Source: Candidatus Poribacteria bacterium | GTDB lineage: Bacteria > Poribacteria > WGA-4E > WGA-3G | Assembly (NCBI GenBank): GCA_965242965.1 | Contig: OZ251518.1 | Location: forward strand, 544,001-608,000 | DNA length: 64,000 nucleotides | Direction: 5' to 3' | The notes under the pieces: model-generated | The model's database searches: none | Told to the model about the DNA's origin: nothing | The model's input: the letters and a program-made list of their open reading frames with translations, nothing else | Made by a program: the position numbers and the translations under genes | Shown here: piece by piece, positions 9,462 through 18,606 of the stretch | Numbering within the stretch: the stretch's first letter is position 1 | How the letters are laid out: every line of letters begins with the position of its first letter

Positions 9462-9971
9462 TCAAGAAATCCTAATAAACTCGACTCGTTCCCTAATATA
9501 ACCAGTAGGGGATTTTTGAGTTTCGTTCCTGTCAACCTGCCATTTTTGACCATCCACCCCTGGTAATAAATTAGGAACTGTTTCGCTCCCAAGTTTAACC
9601 ATTTGCTCATACGCAACAATGTGCATAGGTACCATGGAAATCGGATAGTCTACATACATGTAAGGTTTGTCAGGAAGTGTCCGCAATATCTGCTCATCTT
9701 CTGGAGAAAATTTTTCACCGAAAGACATTTTACTGTGCTCAATAGGATATTCAGCGGTGAGATGTGTGTGCCAAATATCGCCGGGAAGTTCGCGCCAGTT
9801 CTGATTGCGGTGATATCTCCTCTTATCCATTGCTAAATATCTCCTGTATAGGAAAATCCCACCACCAATAGTGCTGACCAATCCTGCAACAAGACTTTCG
9901 ACAAAAGATCTCGTGAAAACCTGACCACATACACTGGCAAAATCCATTAAAGCATTCGTGAGAAATTGCAT
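9462..9971 (-). CDS. Hypothetical protein with N-terminal membrane segment
   Basis: RBS AAGGAG before ATG 9971; hydrophobic SLVAGLVSTIGGGIFLY; AT-rich; own promoter upstream. Confidence 0.65.
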   Translation of the reverse strand: MQFLTNALMDFASVCGQVFTRSFVESLVAGLVSTIGGGIFLYRRYLAMDKRRYHRNQNWRELPGDIWHTHLTAEYPIEHSKMSFGEKFSPEDEQILRTLPDKPYMYVDYPISMVPMHIVAYEQMVKLGSETVPNLLPGVDGQKWQVDRNETQKSPTGYIRERVEFIRIS

Positions 9972-10062
9972 CGTTTTCTTCTCCTTTTTAACCCAGTTAG
10001 GGAATTCGTTTGTGGGCATCCGTGCCCATTTACGCCGACGTACGTTTTGCCGACTACTGTTA

Positions 10063-10091
10063 AGTATACATATTCTTGGGGGCAAAGTCAA
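10063..10091 (-). promoter_or_regulatory. Sigma70 promoter
   Basis: Minus strand TTGACT-17 bp-TATACT. Confidence 0.7.
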
Positions 10092-10288
10092 GTGAAAAAT
10101 CACTTTTTTTACGATTTTTGCCCCCTAATCCGCCAGAATTCGTAAAAAAAGGCGGGAGCTGCTGCGTCTCTACTGTTACAAGGCATAGCTGCCCCCGAAC
10201 GTTTCCGCTTTCTTCGGGCGGAGCATCCGCACCACTGTCCGCCCCACAACCGTAACTGCAGGCGCGGACATTGATAAACATCTGGCGT

Positions 10289-10816
10289 TTAGCGCGGTGG
10301 AGATAAATGCAAACAATCCACACCGGGAAGGTTATTCTGCCAATAGACATCTATCACACTTCTTGTGAGGATGTTTTCACCTATATAATCATAAACAACA
10401 CCGGACTTGATGGCTGTTATATGATCAACCCCACCACTACTAGTCGTAATTGCCAAGTACTGAAAATCTTTGTTCCAGATGGCAATATCCTTTGCAGAGA
10501 CAGGATTCCCTATTGGTGGGATTTTAAAACGCTCCCATTCGGTATTTGTCTGCTGCTTAAGAATTCGCACTATCGAATCAGGATTTGGGGTTAGAGGATC
10601 AGTTAACCATTCCTCTAGTATAATCCCAGGGTTGTTGACCACTTCATCACGGCGTTTATCTTGTATTAACGCCTGTGCCAGCGTGTGGTAGTTGACACCA
10701 TCGAGATGTTCCAGTAAATTGGTTAGACATTGAAGAGCGCAATCTTGATATGTTTCAGCCCAGCGTCCCTTAAAATGTTTATGAACGTAAGTCCCTGGTG
10801 TTCGTCTGTTATTCAT
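10289..10816 (-). CDS. Hypothetical protein, possible papain-like (Cys-His-Asp) fold
   Basis: QDCALQCL ... HITAIKSGVVYD pattern; RBS AGAAAGG before ATG 10816; AT-rich. Confidence 0.6.
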   Translation of the reverse strand: MNNRRTPGTYVHKHFKGRWAETYQDCALQCLTNLLEHLDGVNYHTLAQALIQDKRRDEVVNNPGIILEEWLTDPLTPNPDSIVRILKQQTNTEWERFKIPPIGNPVSAKDIAIWNKDFQYLAITTSSGGVDHITAIKSGVVYDYIGENILTRSVIDVYWQNNLPGVDCLHLSPPR

Positions 10817-10936
10817 AATAACCTTTCTATTCATTTGTAAACTCCACCGCTGTCGTTTCAAGCGATGGGGATTTGGGTTAAGACTTGTCCGAAGTTCCGC
10901 TGGCGTGCCGGCGTGACTTCAGAATCTGTGCTACGG

Positions 10937-13924
10937 CTACGGGAGATAAATCCCCCGCTGCCGTAACCGCGCTTGCTGCGCCTCCAACGCCTGCTTGTCG
11001 GCTACCGGACAGCCGCCCAGATCGAACTTCGCGCGTTCTGCTTCAAGATCACAGGTAGACTTCTTTGTGCCAGCAATCGTCGGCTCGGCGCACAGCATCT
11101 CCCGTAGGCGATGCATCGCCTCGTGCGTCTCCCTGTCCGTGATGCCTAGCACCTCCGCTAGCAGCCGTGCATCCAGCACATGCCGCCATTCGTCCCAGAC
11201 ACACTCGTTATAGGGCAGCATCCGCGCCGCCTTAAGATCGGCGAAAATACAATCTGCCGCCACAAGTTGTTCGTCAGTAAGCTCGCGCACATCGAGGGAA
11301 GGCACGGATTTTATGTTGGACAGCGTATAGCGTCCACGCCCCGCCTGCTGCTTACTAGCGTTCATCCAATGGCACAGCAACCCTAATGTGGAATTCGTCC
11401 ACAACGTCCATGCAGTAGCTTGTCGGGATTGGGCAAGTTTCAGGTTCGTCAGCGAACACACCCCGATGGTAGGCTCCACTGTCCACGAAGCAATCACAGA
11501 ATTGCTGGAGAAGCGTAAATCGAGATGGTAATGGGTCTTGCTGGCCCGTGCAAGAATTTGCTGCGCCTTCTGCTCTTTACCAACTACAATCCGCGCCTGG
11601 GCGTTTGCATTAGTTTGCATTGCACGCTGACTCTCTGCTACCACTCCCCAAAGCGCAGGATAAGTCTCACCTGATGTCGGCGCACCCTCACGCACCTGAA
11701 ATGCTCCCATCCCGGCCACCTCATCTTTTATCGCACGATGATTATAGCCGAGTTGCCCAATGTCGCCCAGCGTAGTTATTGGTAGCGACTTGGGGATGGA
11801 CAGACGTGGCAAGTGCAACTCCCCTCGGCTCAGCTGGTATGCCATCTGAATTAATGAAAATGCACGAATGTTTGAGGGGGACCACTCATTCTCGTCAATA
11901 GGCGCGTCCAGCATATACCCTGCTACATGTTCGCCTATCCGCAGTTCCGCACCACCACCGGGCGCATCTTCCAGCCGATGGCCGAGGCTTTGCTGACGAA
12001 TGCAACCAGCCAATGTCTGTGCGCCCAGAAGACTTTCAGGACGTTCGGTTAGGCAGACAAACGTTGCGCGACCCGTATTCGCCCCGACTCCTTTCGTCGC
12101 TACCACCATGCACTCTCGCATACCTGTATCGTGTGAGAATGCGCTGTCGTAGCCGTCATTTTGGGCAATCGTCACCACGATCACATCGTGGTATTCTTCC
12201 GCCAGCATCCGACGCATTTTCTTCGTCGCAGCACCTATTAACACCGTCGAGGTTAAGATAAAGCCCATCGTCCCACCGACTTTCAACTTCCGATCGGACA
12301 TATCCACAAAATATGAGCCTAACCCATTCTTACCATTGGCGACACGCGTCAGCTTGTTATTCAGTTCTGCCTGCATCCGCTTCTTCTCTTCTTCGGAGCG
12401 GTTTTTGCCCTTAAACACTTCCTTCGCCTTCCTGCTATTGCCATCGCAGGGACGAGTAAACGGCGGATTCATGATAACGATGTCCATCTCACCATCAGGG
12501 AACTCCCGCTTGTAGTCGACGGTTGCGATGTCGTCGTCACCGATAATCTGCGCCGCCAGCGTCCCCAGCGTCCGCAGATCCAGTTGTTTGGTATCCAGTA
12601 GTTCCAGCGAACCGATTTTGTAGGACTCGTCGTCTTGAATCCCGTAGGGCGCGGTGATGACCCGAGTCTTACCCAACGTCGTCGTTGGATGCGTCGCCGC
12701 CATCGCTGTGAACGTTAAGTGCGTGGCATGCGGGAAGATATCCGAAGCCGCCAGATTGTTCTCCACCATCTCGCGATGGATTTCACGGCTACTCCGACCC
12801 GTCTTACGTTCATATAATTGTTGAACCCGCTTGTAAACGCCGTTAATCAGCGCGCCTGTCCCGCAGGCGTAGTCAGCAACTTTCGGCAGATTGTCGAGAT
12901 CGATGTCGGGACAAACCAGTGCCGACAGCAGTGCCGCGCTTTCAGGCAGTGTATAGTGCGCCTTTACGTAATCGCGGTCTACGACGAGTTTCTGGAACAG
13001 CTCGCCTCCGATTTCCTGAACCTGTGCCAGATGCGATTGGCAGATCTCGTTCGCCGTTTGCAACAGCCCTTTTAACACCCGCCGCGCCATCGCCACGTCA
13101 TACTCACGCATCACTTTGACGAGCGCAACAACATCGTTGAAAATCGGGACGTAGTTCACTTTCAAAATACGAACCCAGTCAGCGATAATGCCTTTATAGT
13201 TAATCTGCGCGTCGTCATCATAATGCTCCAGCCCACGCACTTCCTCGAACCCCTCCTTCCCTGCGACAGCATTCTGGAAGATGAACGCATCGATGACGAA
13301 CATGCACGCCATTTTACAGGCTTCCTCGGTAGCCTCTTGCCCCAGAATCTCCGCCAGCATGTCACCGATAACAGGACGTTCCTGAATCGAGCGTTCGATG
13401 TCCTTCGACCACTCTTCCATGCCCGCGCTGTAGACTTCGGCGACTTCGGCGATCTTTTTCGTCGGCGATGCACCGATGTGTAACGCCGTTGCGATGTCCT
13501 GCAGCGAACCTGTGGCATATCCCGACTTCGGGAAGTTACCCTCGCCGTCCGCCGTTATCACGCAGTAGTCAATCGCGTCTGTGTGGACTAGCGCATGCTC
13601 CAGCTCGTCGTCGTCAACGTCCTGCACCGCCTTCGGGTATCGCAGTGCAAGTCCTGCCGTTAACGTCGGCGATACACGTTGATACAGTGGTTTCAACCGC
13701 TGCCCGAAGTAATGCCAGCGGAGTTCGTTCACTGCCTCGGCGATCTCTGCTTTGTAACTCTTCGCCTCAATGGCGACTGTCTCGCGTCCATCTCGCATTG
13801 CGATAATGTCGGGCGTGCGCTGGTTACCTATGAACGCCGCTTGCTGTTCTCGGAATGTCCATCCGTGTGTCATCTTACTGAGCAATTCACGCACCTTCGT
13901 CGTGACCGTATTTTCCTTAATCAT
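10937..13924 (-). CDS. Fused restriction endonuclease-methyltransferase (Type IIG-like)
   Basis: N-terminal PDII..AIEAK nuclease motif, motif I DYACGTG, motif IV MNPPF, C-terminal TRD-like region. Confidence 0.85.
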   Translation of the reverse strand: MIKENTVTTKVRELLSKMTHGWTFREQQAAFIGNQRTPDIIAMRDGRETVAIEAKSYKAEIAEAVNELRWHYFGQRLKPLYQRVSPTLTAGLALRYPKAVQDVDDDELEHALVHTDAIDYCVITADGEGNFPKSGYATGSLQDIATALHIGASPTKKIAEVAEVYSAGMEEWSKDIERSIQERPVIGDMLAEILGQEATEEACKMACMFVIDAFIFQNAVAGKEGFEEVRGLEHYDDDAQINYKGIIADWVRILKVNYVPIFNDVVALVKVMREYDVAMARRVLKGLLQTANEICQSHLAQVQEIGGELFQKLVVDRDYVKAHYTLPESAALLSALVCPDIDLDNLPKVADYACGTGALINGVYKRVQQLYERKTGRSSREIHREMVENNLAASDIFPHATHLTFTAMAATHPTTTLGKTRVITAPYGIQDDESYKIGSLELLDTKQLDLRTLGTLAAQIIGDDDIATVDYKREFPDGEMDIVIMNPPFTRPCDGNSRKAKEVFKGKNRSEEEKKRMQAELNNKLTRVANGKNGLGSYFVDMSDRKLKVGGTMGFILTSTVLIGAATKKMRRMLAEEYHDVIVVTIAQNDGYDSAFSHDTGMRECMVVATKGVGANTGRATFVCLTERPESLLGAQTLAGCIRQQSLGHRLEDAPGGGAELRIGEHVAGYMLDAPIDENEWSPSNIRAFSLIQMAYQLSRGELHLPRLSIPKSLPITTLGDIGQLGYNHRAIKDEVAGMGAFQVREGAPTSGETYPALWGVVAESQRAMQTNANAQARIVVGKEQKAQQILARASKTHYHLDLRFSSNSVIASWTVEPTIGVCSLTNLKLAQSRQATAWTLWTNSTLGLLCHWMNASKQQAGRGRYTLSNIKSVPSLDVRELTDEQLVAADCIFADLKAARMLPYNECVWDEWRHVLDARLLAEVLGITDRETHEAMHRLREMLCAEPTIAGTKKSTCDLEAERAKFDLGGCPVADKQALEAQQARLRQRGIYLP

Positions 13925-13946
13925 TTCAAAATTTCCTTATTAGAAT

Positions 13947-14594
13947 GAGGGTGTTTCATAACTCGTTAATGTCCGATAGACCGCAGCACGGCGAGGGACA
14001 GGCCCTCGCCCTACGTGAAGGGTGGGGCGTTTTTCGTCCAAGAAACCCTCCCGTTACCGTAGCGCGGGGGCCTGTCCCCCGCGAACGTTCGATAGACCGC
14101 AGCATGGCGAGGGACAGGCCCTCGCCCTACGGTGGGGTGGCGTTTTTTATCGTAGCGCGGGGGCCTGTCCCCCGCGATCGTTCGGTAGACCGCAGCATGG
14201 CGAGGGACAGGCCCCCGCCCTACGGTGGAAGGAGGGTGTTTTAGGTGACGTATGCCGCAGCTTCATACAGAGATTTTCACTTCCTCATATGCGTAAGCAG
14301 CGCGCTCCCGCGCGTCTTGCGCTTCAAACTCCAATGCCTCGCGAAGCGTGATTTGGAGCGTCTCCAGCAATGCCTCTCGTGTCCGTTCTTGGCACGTCAC
14401 GCCCGATACTTCGCGGATCCACCCGATCCACCACTCACCGCGATGTTGAATCTGAGCCGTATAGGTTTGTGACATTTCAAATCTCCTTTCCATCGCTACA
14501 ATTTTCGGTTAACGGTATAATCCCTGCCGGTCTAGCAGCATCGAGACCAGGAGGTCTCTCCTACCGGGGAGGCATCGATTTATGAAACACCCTC
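13947..14594. mobile_element. TIR-bounded REP-mosaic element enclosing hicB
   Basis: GAGGGTGTTTCATA at 13947 and TATGAAACACCCTC ending at 14594 form a perfect 14-bp inverted repeat; REP hairpins inside. Confidence 0.65.
14263..14475 (-). CDS. hicB: HicB-family antitoxin
   Basis: YTAQIQHRGEWWIGWIREVSGVTCQERTREALLETL..LREALE; RBS AAGGAG. Confidence 0.85.
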   Translation of the reverse strand: MSQTYTAQIQHRGEWWIGWIREVSGVTCQERTREALLETLQITLREALEFEAQDARERAAYAYEEVKISV

Positions 14595-14599
14595 AGTTA

Positions 14600-14628
14600 A
14601 TTATAACAATTTTCGAGGCGTTTGTCAA
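14600..14628 (-). promoter_or_regulatory. Consensus sigma70 promoter firing into the TIR element
   Basis: Minus strand TTGACA-17 bp-TATAAT, 5 bp from the TIR at 14594. Confidence 0.75.
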
Positions 14629-14657
14629 GAAAAAATGCAATCCTTGACATTTTTCGG

Positions 14658-14796
14658 TTATCGGTATAATCCCCGCAACACCTCAAAAAAAACGCGGAAA
14701 CGTCTTACGCACGCACCCCGGATTACAAATCTGAATTCCAGGGACTTTCAAGCCAATCAGCGAACATGCCATCTCCACGCGGTGAGCTTCGTAAGT
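14658..14796 (-). pseudogene. aroA: Degenerate 3' fragment of aroA (EPSP synthase)
   Basis: Minus frame reads TYEAHRVEMACSLIGLKVPGIQICNPGCVRKTFPRFFEVLRGLYR*, matching the AroA C-terminus (DHRMAM..CVxKTFPxFF) with the catalytic motif decayed. Confidence 0.75.
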
Positions 14797-14852
14797 CAAC
14801 CTCAGGTCCGCCTGCCCGAGAGAATAGCCTCCCGCTGTAGTTTGCGAGTGCT

Positions 14853-14955
14853 TGCCGGTCTGGCAGCATCAAGACCAGGAGGTCTCTCCTACCGGGAAGC
14901 CATCGAGACCAGGAGGTCTCTCCTACCGGGGAGGCATCGATTTATGAAACACCCT
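14853..14955. repeat. REP doublet plus right TIR, near copy of 14525-14594
   Basis: TGCCGGTCT(A/G)GCAGCATC..GAGACCAGGAGGTCTCTCCTACCGGGGAGGCATCGATTTATGAAACACCCT present at both sites. Confidence 0.8.
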
Positions 14956-15114
14956 ATAATTCATCCCAAAATTGAATCACGCTGCAATTTTTTTCGCGCC
15001 AAAAATACGAAAATATGATAAAATAGTGATGATTGACGCAGAAACTACACCCGGTAGGTGTGTTTTGAAAGCGCGCCTATCCGGACAACAATCATGAGGA
15101 GAAGGAGGGTTTTG

Positions 15115-17319
15115 ATGATCATCGCAATTGACGAACGTTACAAAGAAAAAAGAGATCTGACCGCGAGAAAACTCCGCGCTGTCGTTGAAGAGAACACACC
15201 GCCGGCGTTCAGAGAACCGCTGTTCCCACAGGATGAGCCGGAGGCGTTCACGTTTTGGCTTGACAAAGAGCTCATAGAACGCCTGAAACTCTGGGAGTGG
15301 TTTCGGAACTACGCGAAGGAGGCGCGAGTGTCAACGGCTGGCATCCGCGGTCAGCAGAATATCTTATACCCGTGGGACACGCGCTTTCCGATTAACCAAG
15401 TCGGCATCGTCTTGGCAACGCTTGGCAAGAGTCTCGTCGCTAAGGAAGCGGCGGATGGGAACCCTATTGAGAAATTGGCTGCCTGCGAGTCGCGCTATCA
15501 CTCGGAGAAATATGTTGAACTCATCGCGCGCATTCAGGCCTCGCAGGGGATTCGCACCTACGTCCCAAAAGCAGCTTTGGGTGCTTCGCCCCAATACGAA
15601 ATGCCCATTTGGATGGCATCGTTTCTCATCTTCATGCTGGATTTAGATGGCGGCGAACATGTCACCTCCAGCCACTCTGTCAGCACGAAAAACGCCACGA
15701 AGGACCTCAACAATCAGGGAGGGCAGTATCTCCCGGAAGAGTCGATGCGGTTCGTCAACAAAATCGAGGAAATCCTCAAGACTGCCGAGGCGCGCGGCTA
15801 TGCCATCACGTTCAGCGCGGTGGACGATGAACACATCAATTTTGAGCGAGTGGCGGAACTTGACAACGGTGTGAAGCCTTATCTTGACTACCTCAAAATA
15901 GGTGTCGCGACGGAGGCGAATCTGAGCCTCATCCGTGAAGAGAAGCCGCCTATTGTCGTGGATTGTGTCGGCGGATGTATGTATCGTCCGATGCACGACA
16001 TCTTCAAGCGGCTGCGCATCGCCGATTCTGTCAAGTGGCTCCACGTTGAACCAGATCCGCTCTATCACAACATCGGCAAATTGGATCGGAACCCGAAAAC
16101 CGGCGCGGCGGAATTTTATGACTTAGGAGGTGACTTCAGCATCCTTGATGTCGTCAAATCTGTAAACTACGACGACAAACTGAAGGCTCAACCGATTGGC
16201 ACGGTAATTGAGGCGACGGATCCGGACGGCGACAGAATCATCGTCTGTCAGATAGAGGAAGCCGCGCGGGCGGAAACACTAACGCAGTTAGGCGTGGAAT
16301 TTCTAACCTTGGACGAAAATCGCCTATTAACGATTTACGCGCCGAACCAAGCGTTCCTGATGCTGATGGATTTCCATACGAAGCAACTTCGAGCGGCGGG
16401 ACTTTGGAAGAATCGTCCTCGATTCATGATTAAGACGACACCCTCCTCGCTCGCGTGGGACCAGTGGGCAAGTGCCAACGGCGTTGCGGTGCTGAACACC
16501 CCGGTCGGTTTCAAAGAAATCGCCGGGATGATGAAGAAGGTTGAGACGCAACTCGTCAATGCCCCAGATGCGCCTGTGATTGTGACAGATGTCTACGGAC
16601 GAACGGTTTCCCTCGGTGTGCAACCACGGCTACTCTTCGCCGGTGAAGAGAGTGGGGGGATGCTTACCGGGTCCGAAGAACTCATGCGGAGTCAAGGCGG
16701 CCGCACCGCATTGGCAGTGCGTGAAAAGTCGGCAGGGGAGGCGATGGTGCTGATTACGGCTCTCGCCGCGCATTGCAAACAGGAAGGACTCGCGCTCTCG
16801 GACTATCTCGCCGCCGTTTTTACGGAGAACCGCATCACGGCGACGCACGATGTGCGCGAGGAGATAACCTACTACAACGAGTCTGAACCAGACCCCGAGA
16901 AACTCCGCGCGACGAAACTAGAAGGCGAAGCAAGGCGTGATAAGAACGATCTCTTCTTCCTCGGCATCGCTATTGCACTGCACGATGAGAAAATTGAGAT
17001 AGAAGACGCGCGCGAGCTCCTCGCCGATGCGCTACCCGGACTCGATTTCACGACGTTGGAGGATGTCCGTTTCGTCGGCGATGGGACATATCTGCTGTTT
17101 CGCGATAAGTTCGTTGAGGTGCGCAAATCTGGGACGGATGCGAAGACGAAGGCTTACGCATCTGGCGCGGACAGAGCGGAATGCCGACGTTTTGCGAAGG
17201 CGTTCAGCGAAACAAGCGGCGAACTTACCGAACTTTATGAGGCACAAATCGGTCTAACTTATTTAACGGAAGTTAAAGCGAAATCGCGTCGGATTTACGA
17301 TGCGTTTCAGTCTGCCTAA
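15115..17319 (+). CDS. Phosphohexomutase (PGM/PMM superfamily), divergent
   Basis: STAGIRG, TSSH phosphoserine loop, DPDGDR metal loop, GEESGG; RBS AAGGAGG. Confidence 0.85.
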   Translation: MIIAIDERYKEKRDLTARKLRAVVEENTPPAFREPLFPQDEPEAFTFWLDKELIERLKLWEWFRNYAKEARVSTAGIRGQQNILYPWDTRFPINQVGIVLATLGKSLVAKEAADGNPIEKLAACESRYHSEKYVELIARIQASQGIRTYVPKAALGASPQYEMPIWMASFLIFMLDLDGGEHVTSSHSVSTKNATKDLNNQGGQYLPEESMRFVNKIEEILKTAEARGYAITFSAVDDEHINFERVAELDNGVKPYLDYLKIGVATEANLSLIREEKPPIVVDCVGGCMYRPMHDIFKRLRIADSVKWLHVEPDPLYHNIGKLDRNPKTGAAEFYDLGGDFSILDVVKSVNYDDKLKAQPIGTVIEATDPDGDRIIVCQIEEAARAETLTQLGVEFLTLDENRLLTIYAPNQAFLMLMDFHTKQLRAAGLWKNRPRFMIKTTPSSLAWDQWASANGVAVLNTPVGFKEIAGMMKKVETQLVNAPDAPVIVTDVYGRTVSLGVQPRLLFAGEESGGMLTGSEELMRSQGGRTALAVREKSAGEAMVLITALAAHCKQEGLALSDYLAAVFTENRITATHDVREEITYYNESEPDPEKLRATKLEGEARRDKNDLFFLGIAIALHDEKIEIEDARELLADALPGLDFTTLEDVRFVGDGTYLLFRDKFVEVRKSGTDAKTKAYASGADRAECRRFAKAFSETSGELTELYEAQIGLTYLTEVKAKSRRIYDAFQSA

Positions 17320-17470
17320 GAGAGGCCTTAGGACGGACGCAGCACGAACCTCGTATGCGCGGTTTCAAACCGCGCACGCTGGGAAAGCGCGCAGCCAACG
17401 CGCGTATACCGGCGAAAACTTGTAATCGCGGCTCTCTATAGCCGCCCACGAAAAAATAGGAGAGATTAAC

Positions 17471-18544
17471 ATGCCAAAAATAATTATCATTCTTCTCACC
17501 CTCGCTATCGGCGTTGTGTTCTTATTCGTGCAAGCACCCGCCGATGCCAAATGGCACCAGCAGCATGAAGTCCTTGACGAAAACGGCATGGGGACTATGC
17601 TACAAGATGTGCATTTCACCGATTCCCAAAACGGGCTAGTCGTCGGACAGGGAGGATTAATCCTCGTGACAGCCGATGGCGGCGCAAGTTGGACTAAAAT
17701 GGATGTGGATATGAGTCCACCTGGCGGCGGACGGCGCGGTGGTGGTGGCCCGCCGGGCGGTTTCGGTCGCGGTGGTGCCCCCGCGCTCTACAACATCTAT
17801 TTTGTTGATGCAAACGTCGGCTACATTACCGGCGGCAGAGGCACTATCCTGAAGACTGAAGATGGCGGCAAAACATGGGCGCGGAAGATGGCTCGGAACG
17901 CCGAGAGTGGCCAAGGTCAGAATCAGCGGCAGCGTCCAATGCGCGCCAATTTGATGGGGATTCAGATGCTCAACGCCGAGGTTGGCTTCATCGCCGGCTC
18001 CGAGAATACTATCCTCAAGACGATGGATGGCGGGGAGACGTGGGTGGGGAGTTCCCAGCGCGCCCGCGTCGGCGAAACTCGCAATAACCTTGAGAACATC
18101 TGGTTCGTCTCCCCGACGCACGGTTGGATTGTCGGTTCATTCGGGACGCTTCTCCACACTGCCGATGGCGGCGAGACGTGGGAAAAGCGGAACGCGGGTT
18201 TTGATAATAACCTGTTCGGCATCCATTTCATTGACGCTAACACAGGGTGGATTTGTGGACAAGAGGGGCTAGTCCTGAACACCACCGACGGCGGTGCCAC
18301 GTGGTCACAACAGTTAACCAAATCCGAGGAGGACCTGCACGACATCGTCTTTGTTGATGCGATGGTAGGCTGGGCTGTTGGTGCTTACAACGCCGTTTTA
18401 CACACCACCGATGGCGGCAAAACGTGGAATGCCACTAGTGTCGGCAACGGCATCGGGACGTTCAAAGCGGTCTCCGCTACGGATAAGAACCACTGTTGGG
18501 CGGTAGATGATTGGGGAGCTATTGTCGGCTATTCGCCGGAGTAG
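17471..18544 (+). CDS. Secreted YCF48/BNR-repeat beta-propeller protein
   Basis: Signal peptide; repeated (T/S)xDGGxTW with GWIVG/GxxG spacing. Confidence 0.88.
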   Translation: MPKIIIILLTLAIGVVFLFVQAPADAKWHQQHEVLDENGMGTMLQDVHFTDSQNGLVVGQGGLILVTADGGASWTKMDVDMSPPGGGRRGGGGPPGGFGRGGAPALYNIYFVDANVGYITGGRGTILKTEDGGKTWARKMARNAESGQGQNQRQRPMRANLMGIQMLNAEVGFIAGSENTILKTMDGGETWVGSSQRARVGETRNNLENIWFVSPTHGWIVGSFGTLLHTADGGETWEKRNAGFDNNLFGIHFIDANTGWICGQEGLVLNTTDGGATWSQQLTKSEEDLHDIVFVDAMVGWAVGAYNAVLHTTDGGKTWNATSVGNGIGTFKAVSATDKNHCWAVDDWGAIVGYSPE

Positions 18545-18606
18545 TTAGAAGACGAACGCTTGTAGGCGCGGTTTGAGACTGCGCCTACCGGTTTATAGGA
18601 GAACGC

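Noticed and set aside
9183-10150. Integron attC interpretation of the paired palindromes
   Set aside because: No RYYYAAC/GTTRRRY cores and no integrase in the window; kept only as an unexplained cassette pattern.
14644-14670. Plus-strand TTGACA...TATAAT
   Set aside because: Spacer is only 15 bp and it overlaps the aroA fragment end.
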